A stretch of DNA of 63,908 nucleotides, taken from the NCBI RefSeq assembly GCF_006345805.1, contig NC_042998.1:155992001-156055908 (forward strand), written 5' to 3'. Below are positions 41,591-54,399 of this stretch, piece by piece. Both the position numbers and the translations under genes were made by a program. The notes beneath the pieces were generated by a model. It saw only the letters and a list, made by a program, of their open reading frames with translations, did no database searches and was not told the DNA's origin. This DNA comes from Octopus sinensis. Lineage: Eukaryota. Every line of letters begins with the position of its first letter. Position 1 is the first letter of the stretch.

Positions 41591-42199
41591 GTGTCTAATT
41601 GGCACGACATTCTGTTCAGACAAAAAAAAAAAAAGAAAAAAAGATCAGAATGGCAACTTCACCTGCTCCATGCATGTCTTCGATTAGCTCAAAGTTGGCA
41701 TTGTTCATTAAAAACGACCGAAGATAGAATCCAAGCCTTGACATATGTGAAGAATACCTCACACATGATACTGCTGTGGATGAATTTCCTCTTTCGTCTT
41801 TTTCTTTTCTATCATTATCACATGATCAGCTTCTGGTATTGAGGACAGTATACTCTACAGTATACTCTCCTGTGACTCCGGAGATCCGATTGGTAGTGTC
41901 CTACTTCTTTATCATTCTTAAGTAACATGCTCATGTATGATGGTACCTTTCTTCTCACACAAATGTGTCATAGTAATCTTCCCTTCGCTAGTTCACTTAT
42001 GTTTTGTTTTCGAATGTTGCTATCAACGTTAGAAAATGAAATATTAGTGCTTTTACTCGATAATGTGCGCGCGCGTATTCGTTGCTGTCAATAAAGTAAC
42101 TTTTTGGTTCCATTATGTCAATACTTTTCTCTTTGTATATGTCTTGTGATAATAAAGTGGTTTTTATTAATTTTTTTGTTGTTAAAAATATTCGTTTGT

Positions 42200-42335
42200 T
42201 GAAAGCTATTATTTTTGTTTTTGATGGGGGTCATTCCCATTTATTATTGTTGACGCTATTTTTATGCATTTCTGAAGAGAAACTCACAAAGTGCTCCCCC
42301 CCACCACATTTTACAGTGTTTATTCCAGTGTGAAT
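42200..42335 (+). pseudogene. pogo-like DDE transposase remnant
   Basis: IIFVFDGGHSH...SPPPHFT resembles LLLDGH.SH...LPPH.T. Confidence 0.4.
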
Positions 42336-44323
42336 CAAGTCTATTGTTCCAGGATATCTCTTGCATGAAAAATAGTCGGAAATTTTGAAAAATTTCTTTG
42401 TTCATATTGGTTAAATCCACAAGCTTTCGATTCACGAGAAGAAACAGGTTTCGTTACTCCGATAATCACCATTACTCCTACTCCACCATCACCATCACCA
42501 CGACTTACAACAACAACTGTTTAACTTGGGGGAGAAATCGACCACAGAGGGATAAAAGGCAAAGTTGACCACGGCTGGATTTGAAGTTAGAATAAAGAAC
42601 CGTAACTAATTACTGTCAAGCATTTTATACTGTTCTCGATATTGTGCCAGTCCACAACCCTGAACAACATCGACAATAGCAACAGTAACAATAACGATAA
42701 TAATTGATTCTAACATAGGGAAAGATCGGAAATTAAACTAAATTGACCCCAGTACATGAGTTATCGATCAGGGAAGAACGAAAGGCGAAGTTGACACCAG
42801 TGGGATTTGAATTCAGAATGTAAAGGGCAATAACTAAATATCATAGAATATTTAGTAACACAACTTTACGTTTCAATACACTAATGATTCTGCCAATCAT
42901 GTTTTTCATTGGTTTTGTATCGTATATTATGTATCCATTCAGCCTTTTCACTGAGATCGATTTGACTACTCCAGACGTCACTCCAGAATTGATCAACTTG
43001 CTCAATTGTTGGTGTTTTATCAACTGTTGCTTGCTCTACTCCTATTTCTCGGTAAAACCGTTTAACATCCGTTTCACTTACTTTGTTTTACTTGAAAAAT
43101 TTGTTTCTTTTGTACAAACTTTCTTATACATTAGAGTGACGATCGCAAGATCGTGATTTCAATTCCTAACCGGGTGGTGCGTTGTGCAAAACACTTAATT
43201 TTACGTTGTTCCAGTTCACTCAGCTGCAAATGGATAATCTTTTGACGGATTGGTGTACAAAGGTGAGATGGTGACACAGAAAAATCACCCGAACAGAGGT
43301 CTTGCGAGCCACGTTTAGTACTTAGCGATCGAAAAGAACAGTGCAACCAGCACTGTGAGACCTAACTGGCTGGGATTGGTTGTTCAACCACGATGAAGGT
43401 TTGTCAGGCTTTGGATTGTATTTTCTATTTAAGTTGTAAATCTGTCTTCTTAAACCCATATTTCAATTTTACTTTTCTTTCCTGTCTTGTTACCTCATGT
43501 TTGCTTTACTGAGTTCCTCCAATATCGACGATTCTTTTCCTATATGGCCAGTTTCTTTCTTCAACCTTTCCTTCCAGCAATGCTTTTTGCACTGTATAGT
43601 TTTCTTTTCTGTTTTTTTTTTGTTGTTGTTTTTTTTTTTTGAGAACCTGCTTTAATCGCGTTACGAAAGTGACCACGAGCTATGTATCGACACTGTTACC
43701 AACGATTTTGAAAGTGACCTTCGTGTTTCTTATTTTTATTGAGGAACTAGTTTATGGGAAGGCGTGTCTTGCACAATCTGAGCTCGTGTTTTAGTCCTAA
43801 CCTCGGTTTTGAAGACAACATATATATCATATGTTCTCTCAATGAAAATTTCTCCATTTATCTGCTCGGGCCATCTCCGATTGCTTTTTGGGTAACACAA
43901 GGCCTAAGTACATAATTGTTTTTTACCTTTCACCTGTTTCGGTAAGATTTGTAGAGAAGCTCCTGACTCATGAACAAAATTTTCCAATGCATTTGTTTTC
44001 CCTTTTCTGTAATGCATGCCCCAAATCCTTTTGTTTGAAAGGATGTTTTCAAAAGATGGAATTTGACTTGCATTTCAATCATTACCATCTACCGACAGTT
44101 CTTGTCTCAGTTATACTATTTCATTAACCTATGCCAAACTAACTTCGGATAAAATATGAATATCCAGATTACCAGTTATTACTGTCAAATAAAGGTTCAA
44201 TACGGCCGATGGCAAATGTTACCTTAATTAAAATTTACATCGTACAAACGAAGCGTTAAGTCTTTTATATATCTAGATTATCTTGATTCTCCTATAAACA
44301 TATACATATTATTAATTATTTAT

Positions 44324-44890
44324 ACAGTGACGTACCCATATATGAACGGTTCATTAAACGAACAGTTTGAATAACAGACAGAGTTTCTGAAGAAAATTAA
44401 AAAAACTCACATATCGAGCCGAGATTTCATCAACGAACAACGAGCAGATTACGCACGCGTATAACTGACTGGAAGGCCATGTAATTAGAGAAATGAAATT
44501 TGAGCAACAAACACGAGTACATTAGACACGCGCATAAGTGCTGGGAGAGCATATGTGAACGTTACGCTAAATAGACAAACTGTGTTCAAACAACGAGATA
44601 AAGTTTGAACAACGCATGAGTAGACAACGCACTCCTATATTAATATTAATATTCTCATCTATTTGGCTTTTAGCCACAACCCTAGATCAACAAAAACAGG
44701 ACAAAGGGAAAAACGCACATATACACGCGCGCACATACATTTATGTCTATGTGGACAAATAAAACATCATTTCATGCCTTTATGTGACGTTTGGGTGTAG
44801 CTTGAAACAGATTACCCTCTGTTTCAATAATTCATTTAACGAACAATTTGGTTTACGAACAGGACTTCGGAACAGATTGTGTACAAATAT
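44324..44890. mobile_element. Tigger-type non-autonomous element remnant
   Basis: tacagtgacgtacc...tatgaac start with repeated (ggttt)acgaac subterminal motifs at both ends. Confidence 0.45.
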
Positions 44891-45584
44891 TCTCTCTATT
44901 TATTGTTATAACTTCATTACTTAATCTATTAGTATTGAGCCCAGTTTAGAATATCAGCTAGTTGCTATGACAAAGTGCTTTTGTATTGTTTAACAGTAAC
45001 AATCTTTCTAATTTCCATTACCTTAACAAGAATGTCATCAACAATGTCTATAATAAAATTAATGTTTAAAATGAAAATAAACAGGAAAATAAAAATATTA
45101 GAATGCTATATGCTGTTAGAATAACACAACTAAATAAAAAAAAACATTGAAAGAATATCGTTAAAACAATAACATTCTTATCGTTTAGGCGATTTATTAG
45201 AATAATAAAATAAAGCTATTAAAATATCTAATATTCAGAACTAGAATTTTGTTTACAAATTGTTTTGTTATCTATTTATTATCTTTGTTAATCTAGGCAT
45301 GAAAATATGGGAAATCTCGAGCCCCAGTTGTTATGTGGACTATAACAGACTTACACACATCCCCTGCATTACGACTACCTCAGGTTACGATATTTCAAGT
45401 TTACGAAAATTGTAAAGTATGACCATAAATTTTGGGATACAGTCTGTAATTTTGGTTTTGCGGAAACTCGGATAAATTTTAACAATTTAAATACTACACT
45501 TTCTTCTTAGCCAAAAAGGCTGCCTCTCAGTATTTTAGCTAGTATCAAAATATAATAAACAATTTGAAAAACTATAATCACGAC

Positions 45585-45771
<187 letters not shown>

Positions 45772-45789
45772 GTGGTGTGTTGTCAACTT

Positions 45790-45987
45790 AATGCGACAGT
45801 CCCATGAAAGGGAATAATACTACTGCTATTTAGCCCTAGGAAGCATCGCTTCCTGTTGGCATTTTCCGTGTCCTTATGTTTACAAAGAGGGAGATAAGCA
45901 TCTCCACCCACCAAAGCCAGCATTCAGAGACTAGTTTCTGAGTGATTGCTCATCATCAGTCTGGAGTAGCATGGCTTGCTAACTGAA
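45790..45987 (-). mobile_element. PLE-like pseudo-LTR remnant with hammerhead
   Basis: Shares layout and blocks (tagccc.agga, ttt.caaag, gact..agtttctg.gt...tcatcagt) with 6820-6970. Confidence 0.55.
45925..45963 (-). ncRNA. Minimal type-I hammerhead ribozyme motif
   Basis: Minus strand caga CTGATGA TGAG caatca CTCA GAAA CTAGT C tctg. Stem I caga/tctg, stem II tgag/ctca, palindromic stem III ACTAGT, GUC site at 45929. Confidence 0.75.
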
Positions 45988-46690
45988 TTTTTAATTAAGA
46001 CAATAATGTCACATATAGATGATATAGTACACGACAACACATACAAATGAAGTTAATGCGAGTTCAAATGAACCTTATTAAAAAATTTTAATGAAAAGAT
46101 AAATTTTATATTATATAGTCTTTTTTCCCCTTTTGGGGAGGGTATTATGCTCGGTTGCCTAAAAGGCCCAGTGGCTACCCCTTTCCTTTTTTTTTTCTCC
46201 AAACGCAGATTAAGTCGGGTTACTAGCACCCACCTTTCTTAACACAGCCTTCCATCTTTCCTCAAACACACTTCGCGACAGGATTCGCTTCTCCAGCCCT
46301 ATCTTGCTCTTCAGATGATATCCTCCCTTCCACAACAAGCGGAAAAGAGGCGCTCCAACTTGTTTAGCCACGAATCGGGGCAAGGGACAACGGTCAGGCA
46401 GTAGGTGATGACAGATGCAATAAACACCTGTACCACCTCTGCCCTTCCTTTCAAGGACAGAGCCCTTCCGGACCAAGTCCGTACTAGAGCCTCTACCCAG
46501 TCGGCTACCTCGCTCCAATTCTTCTCCGTATGGGAGTCCGGTCCAAAGCAAACTCCAAGCAGCTTAACAGGATCATCTGTTCAGAAATCCACGACACTGG
46601 ACGATATCGACTTGCTTCTCTAGGTGCGATATCGACTTGTTCTTCCAGGTGCCGAGGCGCAAGCCGATGGACTTGTCCTTGTTAACTATT
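45988..46690 (-). mobile_element. Tx1-clade 3' fragment (deleted ORF2 end plus 3' UTR)
   Basis: ...HLKSKIGLEKRILSRSVFEERW...; 3' UTR about 75% similar by eye to 52805-53000. Confidence 0.85.
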
Positions 46691-47411
46691 TCAGTTTTAC
46701 GTGTTAAAAGTGAAACAAAAACTTCTCTCTATTATATGTATATGGATGTATATATATATATATATATATATATTACAAATTATAAAGTTATATCTTGAGA
46801 TCGTTAGTGACAACAACGCTCAAAATATATAACAGACTGGAATAGTAGAGCTCAAATGAGCTGTATACACTTTTTAATCCGAGGGGAGGCAATGCGAGCA
46901 GCAACTACAAGAGCACTACAAAATCCACAGAAAGATCAAACACATACATATATTCATATATTCATTTATATCTACAGAACAGACATAAAGCCCGACGTTT
47001 AGAAATATATAGTAATATATAAATATATAAACATCATATAAAAATATATTGTACGTATAAGATCCACTCGAAGTTCCATAAGAAATTTAGAAATAAAAAT
47101 TGCAATAAAAGTTAGAGGTAATAATAACAATTGAATTAAATATAGTAAATATAGTAAGTAGTAATTAAATATATTTCATTTTATTAAAATGGTAATTAAA
47201 TCGTAATATAACAATTAAAAGAAAAAATAGCAATTAGTATAAAATGTATCAAGGACTTGAACTCGAATATGTGGCTTTGCATGAATGGGAGAAATTAAAA
47301 GATGAAAAATTTAATTGAGTGCAGAAGTGAATTAGTCCAGTTACTATAGCTGCTAGATTGAATTATATGCTTATAAAGTAGCATTCAGTATCTATGAGAG
47401 TCTGGTCTTTT

Positions 47412-49132
47412 GCATGTAGCAGGTATGTAATTGTGCATTTGTTTACGTGTACTATGTATTGTGTATTATTGTGCTTCTTATTTGAACCTGTGAGTTGCTG
47501 TTTAATTGTTGATTGTTAATTTTTATTGTTAAACGTTATTGTTACACAGCTTTTTGTTTTTTTTGTCTGTCTGTGTTGAGACAGACAAGGAAGAAATGTC
47601 TGGGGGACATCATGAAAAAAGCGACTTTTGTAGACAGAGGAAAGAAATATGGTACGGTGGAGGTGAGATGCGCAACAAAGGAAGTGGCGGCCTCATTGGC
47701 TTCCACTGTCCTGAAAGCGGAAAATTTCACCATGTGGCCGACGTATAAAGGAAGACGAGGGGTACGGGTAAGAGTCCCAAAGGTGCCCCCAAATATTAAA
47801 ACAGAAATGCTGGTAACAGCCATTATTGGGGCAGCAAAAGAGGAAGTAGAAATAGGGTCAATTAAGGAGACGAACGTTGTAAATTGGAAGGGATTCGGAG
47901 TAGAGTTGTGGCTGATGGCCACAATGGAAGACATCGAAATATTTCCCTTCCAAATAGAAATAGAAAACGAGAAAACAATTAGTGTAATAGGGGAAGGCAG
48001 AAAACCGAATTGCTACCTGTGCGGATCAAGAGGGCACATAAAAAAGGAATGTCCGCTGTATGAATTCACAGCGGAGCAAAAAGAGACACAAAGTGGAGAG
48101 AAGGAAAACGAACACGAAGGAAAGAACAGCGAAAACAAGGAAAAGGAAATAACGGAGAAACAACAAGAGAAGGGAAGTAACAGCGCACTGAAGGAAAATG
48201 AAAACAAAGGGAAGAAGATAGTAGAAAAGGAGCAAAATTCACAGGGTGCAGAAGTAGTGGAGAAGGAGCCAAGGCAGAAGCAAGAGAAAGCAAAGGAAAG
48301 TACATTAAAGGAAAGAGAAAAAGCAGGAAAAGAACAAGAGAAGGAACAGAACCAAGAGAAAGGAAAAGATGGTATGCAAAAAGGAAAAGAAACAACAGGA
48401 AAGGAACTTAAGGCACAGGGTAGAGAGACGGCAGACAAAGAGCCAAAAAGACAAGAGAAGGAAAAAGAAAGAAGAGAAAGCAAAAAGAGAGAAAGAGAGA
48501 AACCGAGGGAGGAGAAAAAAGAGGAAGTAAGTCCTAAGAGAAAAACTAGAGAAAACGTAGGTACGAATAGAAAATTCAAATACTATGGAACGTTGATCCA
48601 TCACAAGCACTGTGAGGAGATGGAAGATTTAATAAGCGTAACAAACGGATATACGTGGGTCAGGATGGGCACCGAATGGAAAGAAACAGGTGCACTCGTC
48701 CACGAGAACGACGCCGAGGCGTTCATCGAGGCAGCTGGCAAGAACGTGTTAAAACATATGAAATGCCGACTTACAAGGTGGCCTCGAACGATGGAAGTTT
48801 ACTCAGATTTGGTAGACATAATGGAGTATACATAAAAGAAAAGGTATTGTGAAAACTTTAATTTGGAAATGATAAAAAGAACTTTAAATTCTGAAAAAAA
48901 AAAAAAAAGAAATGTTGAACTTTGTAAAACTTTTGAAATGTATGTTGAAAATGTATAAAATGTTTTATTTGGAAAATATTGTTGACGAATAAAAATAAAT
49001 GACGAAATGTAACCGCTCGATTTCGGGAACGAGTGGGCATTGCACCACATTGTACAAACTTCATAATTCATTATTCATTTTCCCGATTGTATTGTCCCAT
49101 CTATGTAGCCCCTAGTGGGTAATAATAAAACA
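47412..49132 (+). mobile_element. Tandem unit 1: 184-bp leader A plus 5'-truncated ORF1-only element B1
   Basis: A = 47412-47595. Open frame to 48835 with GTVEVR, knuckle CYLCGSRGHIKKEC, K/E-rich linker and C-terminal domain; family 3' motif at 49088-49130. No RT. Confidence 0.9.
47590..48835 (+). CDS. Tx1-like ORF1 (nucleic-acid-binding, CCHC knuckle), N-terminally truncated, frame open
   Basis: Track ORF 47513-48835; its first ~27 residues come from leader A. First in-frame ATG is at 47612 (MKKATF). Confidence 0.7.
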
Positions 49133-50855
49133 GCATGTAGCAGGTATGTAATTGTGCATTTGTTTACGTGTACTATGTATTGTGTGTTATTGTGCTTCTT
49201 ATTTGAACCTGTGAGTTGCTGTTTAATTGTTGATTGTTAATTTTTATCGTTAAACGTTATTGTTACACAGCATTTTGTTTTTTTTGTCTGTCTGTGTTGA
49301 GACAGACAAGGAAGAAATGTCTGGGGGACATCATGAAAAAAGCGACTTTTGTAGACAGAGGAAAGAAATATGGTACGGTGGAGGTGAGATGCGCAACAAA
49401 GGAAGTGGCGGCCTCATTGGCTTCCACTGTCCTGAAAGCGGAAAATTTCACCATGTGGCCGACGTATAAAGGAAGACGAGGGGTACGGGTAAGAGTCCCA
49501 AAGGTGCCCCCAGATATTAAAACAGAAATGCTGGTAACAGCCATTATTGGGGCAGCAAAAGAGGAAGTAGAAATAGGGTCAATTAAGGAGACGAACGTTG
49601 TAAATTGGAAGGGATTCGGAGTAGAGTTGTGGCTGATGGCCACAATGGAAGACATCGAAAGATTTCCCTTCCAAATAGAAATAGAAAACGAGAAAACAAT
49701 TAGTGTAATAGTGGAAGGCAGAAAACCGAATTGCTACCTGTGCGGATCAAGAGGGCACATAAAAAAGGAATGTCCGCTGTATGAATTCACAGCGGAGCAA
49801 AAAGAGACACAAAGTGGAGAGAAGGAAAACGAACACGAAGGAAAGAACAGCGAAAACAAGGAAAAGGAAATAACGGAGAAACAACAAGAGAAGGGAAGTA
49901 ACAGCGCACTGAAGGAAAATGAAAACAAAGGGAAGAAGATAGTAGAAAAGGAGCAAAATTCACAGGGTGCAGAAGTAGTGGAGAAGGAGCCAAGGCAGAA
50001 GCAAGAGAAAGAAAAGGAAAGTACATTAAAGGAAGGAGAAAAAGCAGGAAAAGAACAAGAGAAGGAACAGAACCAAGAGAAAGGAAAAGATGGTATGCAA
50101 AAAGGAAAAGAAACAACAGGAAAGGAACTTAAGGCACAGGGTAGAGAGACGGCAGACAAAGAGCCAAAAAGACAAGAGAAGGAAAAAGAAAGAAGAGAAA
50201 GCAAAAAGAGAGAAAGAGAGAAACCGAGGGAGGAGAAAAAAGAGGAAGTAAGTCCTAAGAGAAAAACTAGAGAAAACGTATGTACGAATAGAAAATTCAA
50301 ATACTATGGAACGTTGATCCATCACAGGCACTGTGAGGAGATGGAAGATTTAATAAACGTAACAAATGGATATACGTGGGTCAGGATGGGCACCGAATGG
50401 AAAGAAACAGGTGCACTCGTCCACGAGAACGACGCCGAGGCGTTCATCGAGGCAGCTGGCAAGAACGTGTCAAAACATATGAAATGCCGACTTACAAGGT
50501 GGCCTCGAACGATGGAAGTTTACTCAGATTTGGTAGACATAATGGAGTATATATAAAAGAAAAGGTATTGTGAAAACTTTAATTTGGAAATGATAAAAAG
50601 AACTTTAAATTCTGAAAAAAAAAAAAAAAAGAAATGTTGAACTTTGTAAAACTTTTGAAATGTATGTTGAAAATGTATAAAATGTTTTATTTGGAAAATA
50701 TTGTTGACGAATAAAAATAAATGACGAAATGTAACCGCTCGATTTCGGGGATCGAGTGGGCATTGCACCACATTGTACAAACTTCATAATTCATTATTCA
50801 TTTTCCCGATTGTATTGTCCCATCTATGTAGCCCCTAGTGGGTAATAATAAAACA
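49133..50855 (+). mobile_element. Tandem unit 2: leader A plus B2 (about 99% identical to unit 1)
   Basis: Period 1721-1723 bp, identical A/B junction, 10 amino-acid differences from B1. Confidence 0.9.
49311..50556 (+). CDS. Tx1-like ORF1, second copy, frame open
   Basis: Track ORF 49234-50556. Confidence 0.7.
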
Positions 50856-52527
50856 GCATGTAGCAGGTATGTAATTGTGCATTTGTTTACGTGTACTATG
50901 TATTGTGTGTTATTGTGCTTCTTATTTGAACCTGTGAGTTGCTGTTTAATTGTTGATTGTTAATTTTTATCGTTAAACGTTATTGTTACACAGCTTTTTG
51001 TTTTTTTTGTCTGTCTGTGTTGAGACAGACAAGGAAGAAGTGGGCTGCCCCTCCCTAAGGGAGAGATGGCCAGAAGAAGTATGTACGAAAGTGTGTCGGA
51101 TTTATCGACTTCTGAAGAAGAACTTGAAAAGGCGATAAAGAAAATGGACTAGCAATTAGGCAACACATACGCAGGAGCGACAAGAACGGAGGAAAGAGAA
51201 TTAGACTTGGCCAAGTTACCAAGCTACCAGGTATTTATTAAAAAGGTCGGCGGTGAAGTGGAGTTGTCACCGCCACCAAAACGAGGAGAGTTGCATGAAC
51301 GAAGGACCATCACGTACCGGGTTTATGCCAATGTAAAAAAGAACATAGAAGTCGTCTGTATCGAAACAATAGAAGAAGCATTAAAAAGAACGGAAGAAGA
51401 CATAATATTCTTGGCAAGAGGCATAAATTTCGGTACCGTGGTGGTCCAATTCAAGAATGAAAGTGTGGCGAGGAAAATGGCAGCGAGAACGGTGAAGACA
51501 GAAAAGATGTTCCTTCTGCCCTCATATCTGGGTAAAAAAACTACTCGGATCAGTGTGGAGGGGATGCCTCCTAATGTTGACGGAGAGTGGATAGTGGCAA
51601 CCGTAATCAGTGGATGTGAGGAAGAAGTTGACATCCTCCATGCTACAGTGAATTATGAAGGCTGGAAGGCAGTTTTGGAATTAAACGTGCAAGCAGAGGC
51701 TGAAATATTGGAACAATTGACTGAGAATATCAGAATGGGAAGTGTTATTATGAGAGTGTGGGTGGAGGGCAAAGCTCCACGCTGCTACAAGTGTGGCTTA
51801 AAAGGTCACATAAGAGCTAACTGCCCTCCCCCATCAAAGGAAATTGATGCAGAACCTCAAAGAGAGGTAGAGGCCAACGAGGAAGAGCAGAAATCAACGG
51901 AGAAAGACACAACGGAAGAGGAGGATGTACAAAAAGAATGGGAAGAAGGCAGAAGAAGGAGGAAGAGAAGAAGGAAAAAATAAATAGTGCTGAACCCCCA
52001 ATCCACCCCAACACCACCCGCACCCTCTGAGACCCTGCAGACAGTGAACCCACCCGCTTCCCACCAACAAGAAAACAAAAAAGAAAGCAAAAATACAAGA
52101 TACCGCAAAAAAAACCTAGGCCCAATTTTCTAGGTATTTCGACGAAAAAAGACGTAAAAGAAATATTGAAAAACTATCACTGGTGTGACAAGGACAGTGA
52201 TAGGTACGCTGTAATCTCGGAAGAATGTATAGAAGAATTCGTGGAAAAATGTAAAAAGAAAAACTATAAAGTGTTTAGATTTGAAATAGATGACGAGATA
52301 ATAACGGAAATAGAAAAGAGATTTGCGATGAAAATAGAGTACAATGTGTATTTCATTCAGGATAAAGTATGAAGGACAGGTAAGTGATGCTAGCGGATGG
52401 GACCGTTAGCATCACTTTCATTTATCATTTTCATATTTCATTTTCCATATTTATGTAATTGTGATGTTTTATGTCCCCAATGTTTGTATTGTCCCCTCTG
52501 TGTAGCCGTTTATGGGTAATAAAGAAA
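50856..52527 (+). mobile_element. Leader A plus full-length ORF1-only element C
   Basis: ATG at 51066 (MARRS...), in-frame TAG at 51150, then TYAGAT...FGTVVVQF...CYKCGLKGHIRANC to 51983; frameshifted C-terminal piece 52166-52372; family 3' motif at 52485-52527. No RT. Confidence 0.85.
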
Positions 52528-52548
52528 CGATGTGTTGTGTGTAAAAAA

Positions 52549-52630
52549 CATCCTGACGAGGGGAGTGTCAATTTTAAATATATGATATGTTTCATATTAA
52601 TTGGTGCATCTCCGAAACGGCCCGCAGATG
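52549..52630 (+). ncRNA. Type-I hammerhead motif with long stem II and a U16.1-to-C substitution
   Basis: catc CTGACGA GGGGA...TCTCC GAAA cggcccg C A gatg. Stem I catc/gatg and G10.1:C11.1 are canonical, but the triplet is GCA rather than GUA. Confidence 0.6.
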
Positions 52631-52761
52631 AACTTTTATGTATTTTTGTAAATTTGTATATTTATCTTCTATGTATTTTTCTCTGGAATTTTAATTCGTC
52701 TTTTTAATATGTCATTGTATGTTTTATTACCCCAAATTTTTAATTTAAGAAATTTATACCA

Positions 52762-52804
52762 AACTAGCACTATGACCCGGCGTTGCCGGGTCATAATGCT
52801 AGTT
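52762..52804. repeat. 43-nt near-perfect palindrome (19/20 bp stem, GTT loop)
   Basis: aactagcactatgacccggc gtt gccgggtcataatgctagtt. Confidence 0.9.
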
Positions 52805-54398
52805 AAGACAATAAATGTCACACATAGATGGTACAGCACAGGACAACATATACAAAAACGTTAATATGAGTTCGAATGATCCTTATTTAAAAATTTTTGT
52901 GAAATGATTACTTTCCATTTATAGCCTTTTCTCTTTTGGGGAAGGGATTACGCCCGGTTCCCTCAAAGGCCCAGCGACTACCCCTTTCCTTTTTTTCCTA
53001 TGCAGATTAAGTAGGGTTACTTGCACCCACCTTTCTTAACACAGCCTTCCATCATTCCTCAAACACACTTCGCGACAGGATTCTCTTCCCCAGCCCTATC
53101 TTGCTTTTCAGATAATATCTGAAGAATTGTAGCAAACCAGGGCCAGAGATGAAGGAGCTCGTCACAAGTACTGGCATTCTAGTCTCCCACGCACATTCTT
53201 TCAGCACAGTAACTGTACAGAAAAAAACATACCTCACCTTCATTCGAGAGTCCACTTGGCGGTACAATCTTTATTATAGATTCAGCCGATACCTGTACTC
53301 TTCCCAGATGCGACAACACGTGTTCGACGTAAATTATCAAGACTGGCAGCTGACGACAATGTACAAAAGCGTGCTGGACGGTTTCATCGTCCAGTCCACA
53401 TCTTGGACATATCGTTGGCACTGACATTCAGTGCCTGTATAACTTATTGCGAATAGGGAAAGCGTTCCTGTAGCACTGCCAGGTCAAGGATTTTTTGTAA
53501 TTATCCAAATATCCTGGCCCGAAAGTTTTTGAACAGGTTGGCAAGTTGGTTCTCATCAAACCCAGAGCCCCTCCTAGGGTGTCATCGTTTTTATGCTCTA
53601 CCAACCCTCTATACAAAACCGAAGAGGTATTCCCACTGCCGGCATTGCCTGTCTTGTGGATAAGCAAGAGTTCCTGTCGGCACTCCTTATGCCATTCAGT
53701 CAGATTACGTCTTTTAATGAAACCGGGTTTAAGTCGCTCCGAAGAGGCTGGTCGCGGAAAGAATTCATCTGCCAGTGGATTCCACACTTTATCACCCTCC
53801 AGGTAACGCCAGAGATGCCTCAGCCTCAACGCACGGCTGCGCATCATTAGCCAGAAAGCCTTTAGAAGTTCCTGGCAACAAACGGAGCGCCTCACAAGTG
53901 GCTTTCCTCCCACAACAAGCGGAAAAGAGGCGCCCCAACTTACTAAACAATGAATCGGGGCAAGGGAAAACGGTCAGGCAGTAGGTGATGACAGATGCAA
54001 TAAACACCTGTACCACCTCCGCCCTTCCTTTCAAGGACAGAGCCCTTCCGGACCAAATCCGTACTAGAGCCTATACCTTGTCTGCCACCTCGCTCCAATT
54101 CTTCTCTGTCTGGGAGTCCGGTCCAAACCAAACTCCAAGCAACTTAACAGGACCATCTGTCCACGACACTGGACGATATCGACTTGCTCCTCAAGGTACC
54201 TAGGCGAAAGCCGATGGACATGTCTTTGTTAACTTTTGCCCCTGCCACCGCCTCATATCCTTTGATAGCGTCTTCTACACAAGGTAGCTGCGCTTCATTG
54301 GACACGATGAAGGTGACGTCATCCACGTAAGCAGAGACCGACTTATCGCGTCCGATTTCATTTGGATTGCCTCCCAACTTCTCCAGCTTCGGCAGCAA
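52805..54398 (-). mobile_element. Tx1-clade ORF2 3' part (from YxDD to the 3' end), degenerate
   Basis: SAYVDDVT, KGRAEV, CCQ...G, WQCYRNAFPIRNKLYRH, CPRC...ETVQHAFVHC. Confidence 0.9.
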
Positions 54399-54399
54399 T

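Noticed and set aside
48013-50331. Minus-strand hydrophobic F/S/L-rich ORFs over B1 and B2
   Set aside because: They are antisense shadows of purine-rich K/E codons.
47412-51039. Regularly spaced 184-bp repeats as a CRISPR-like or LTR structure
   Set aside because: The spacers are near-identical 1.5-kb coding units; there are no TG...CA ends, primer-binding site, polypurine tract or cas genes.
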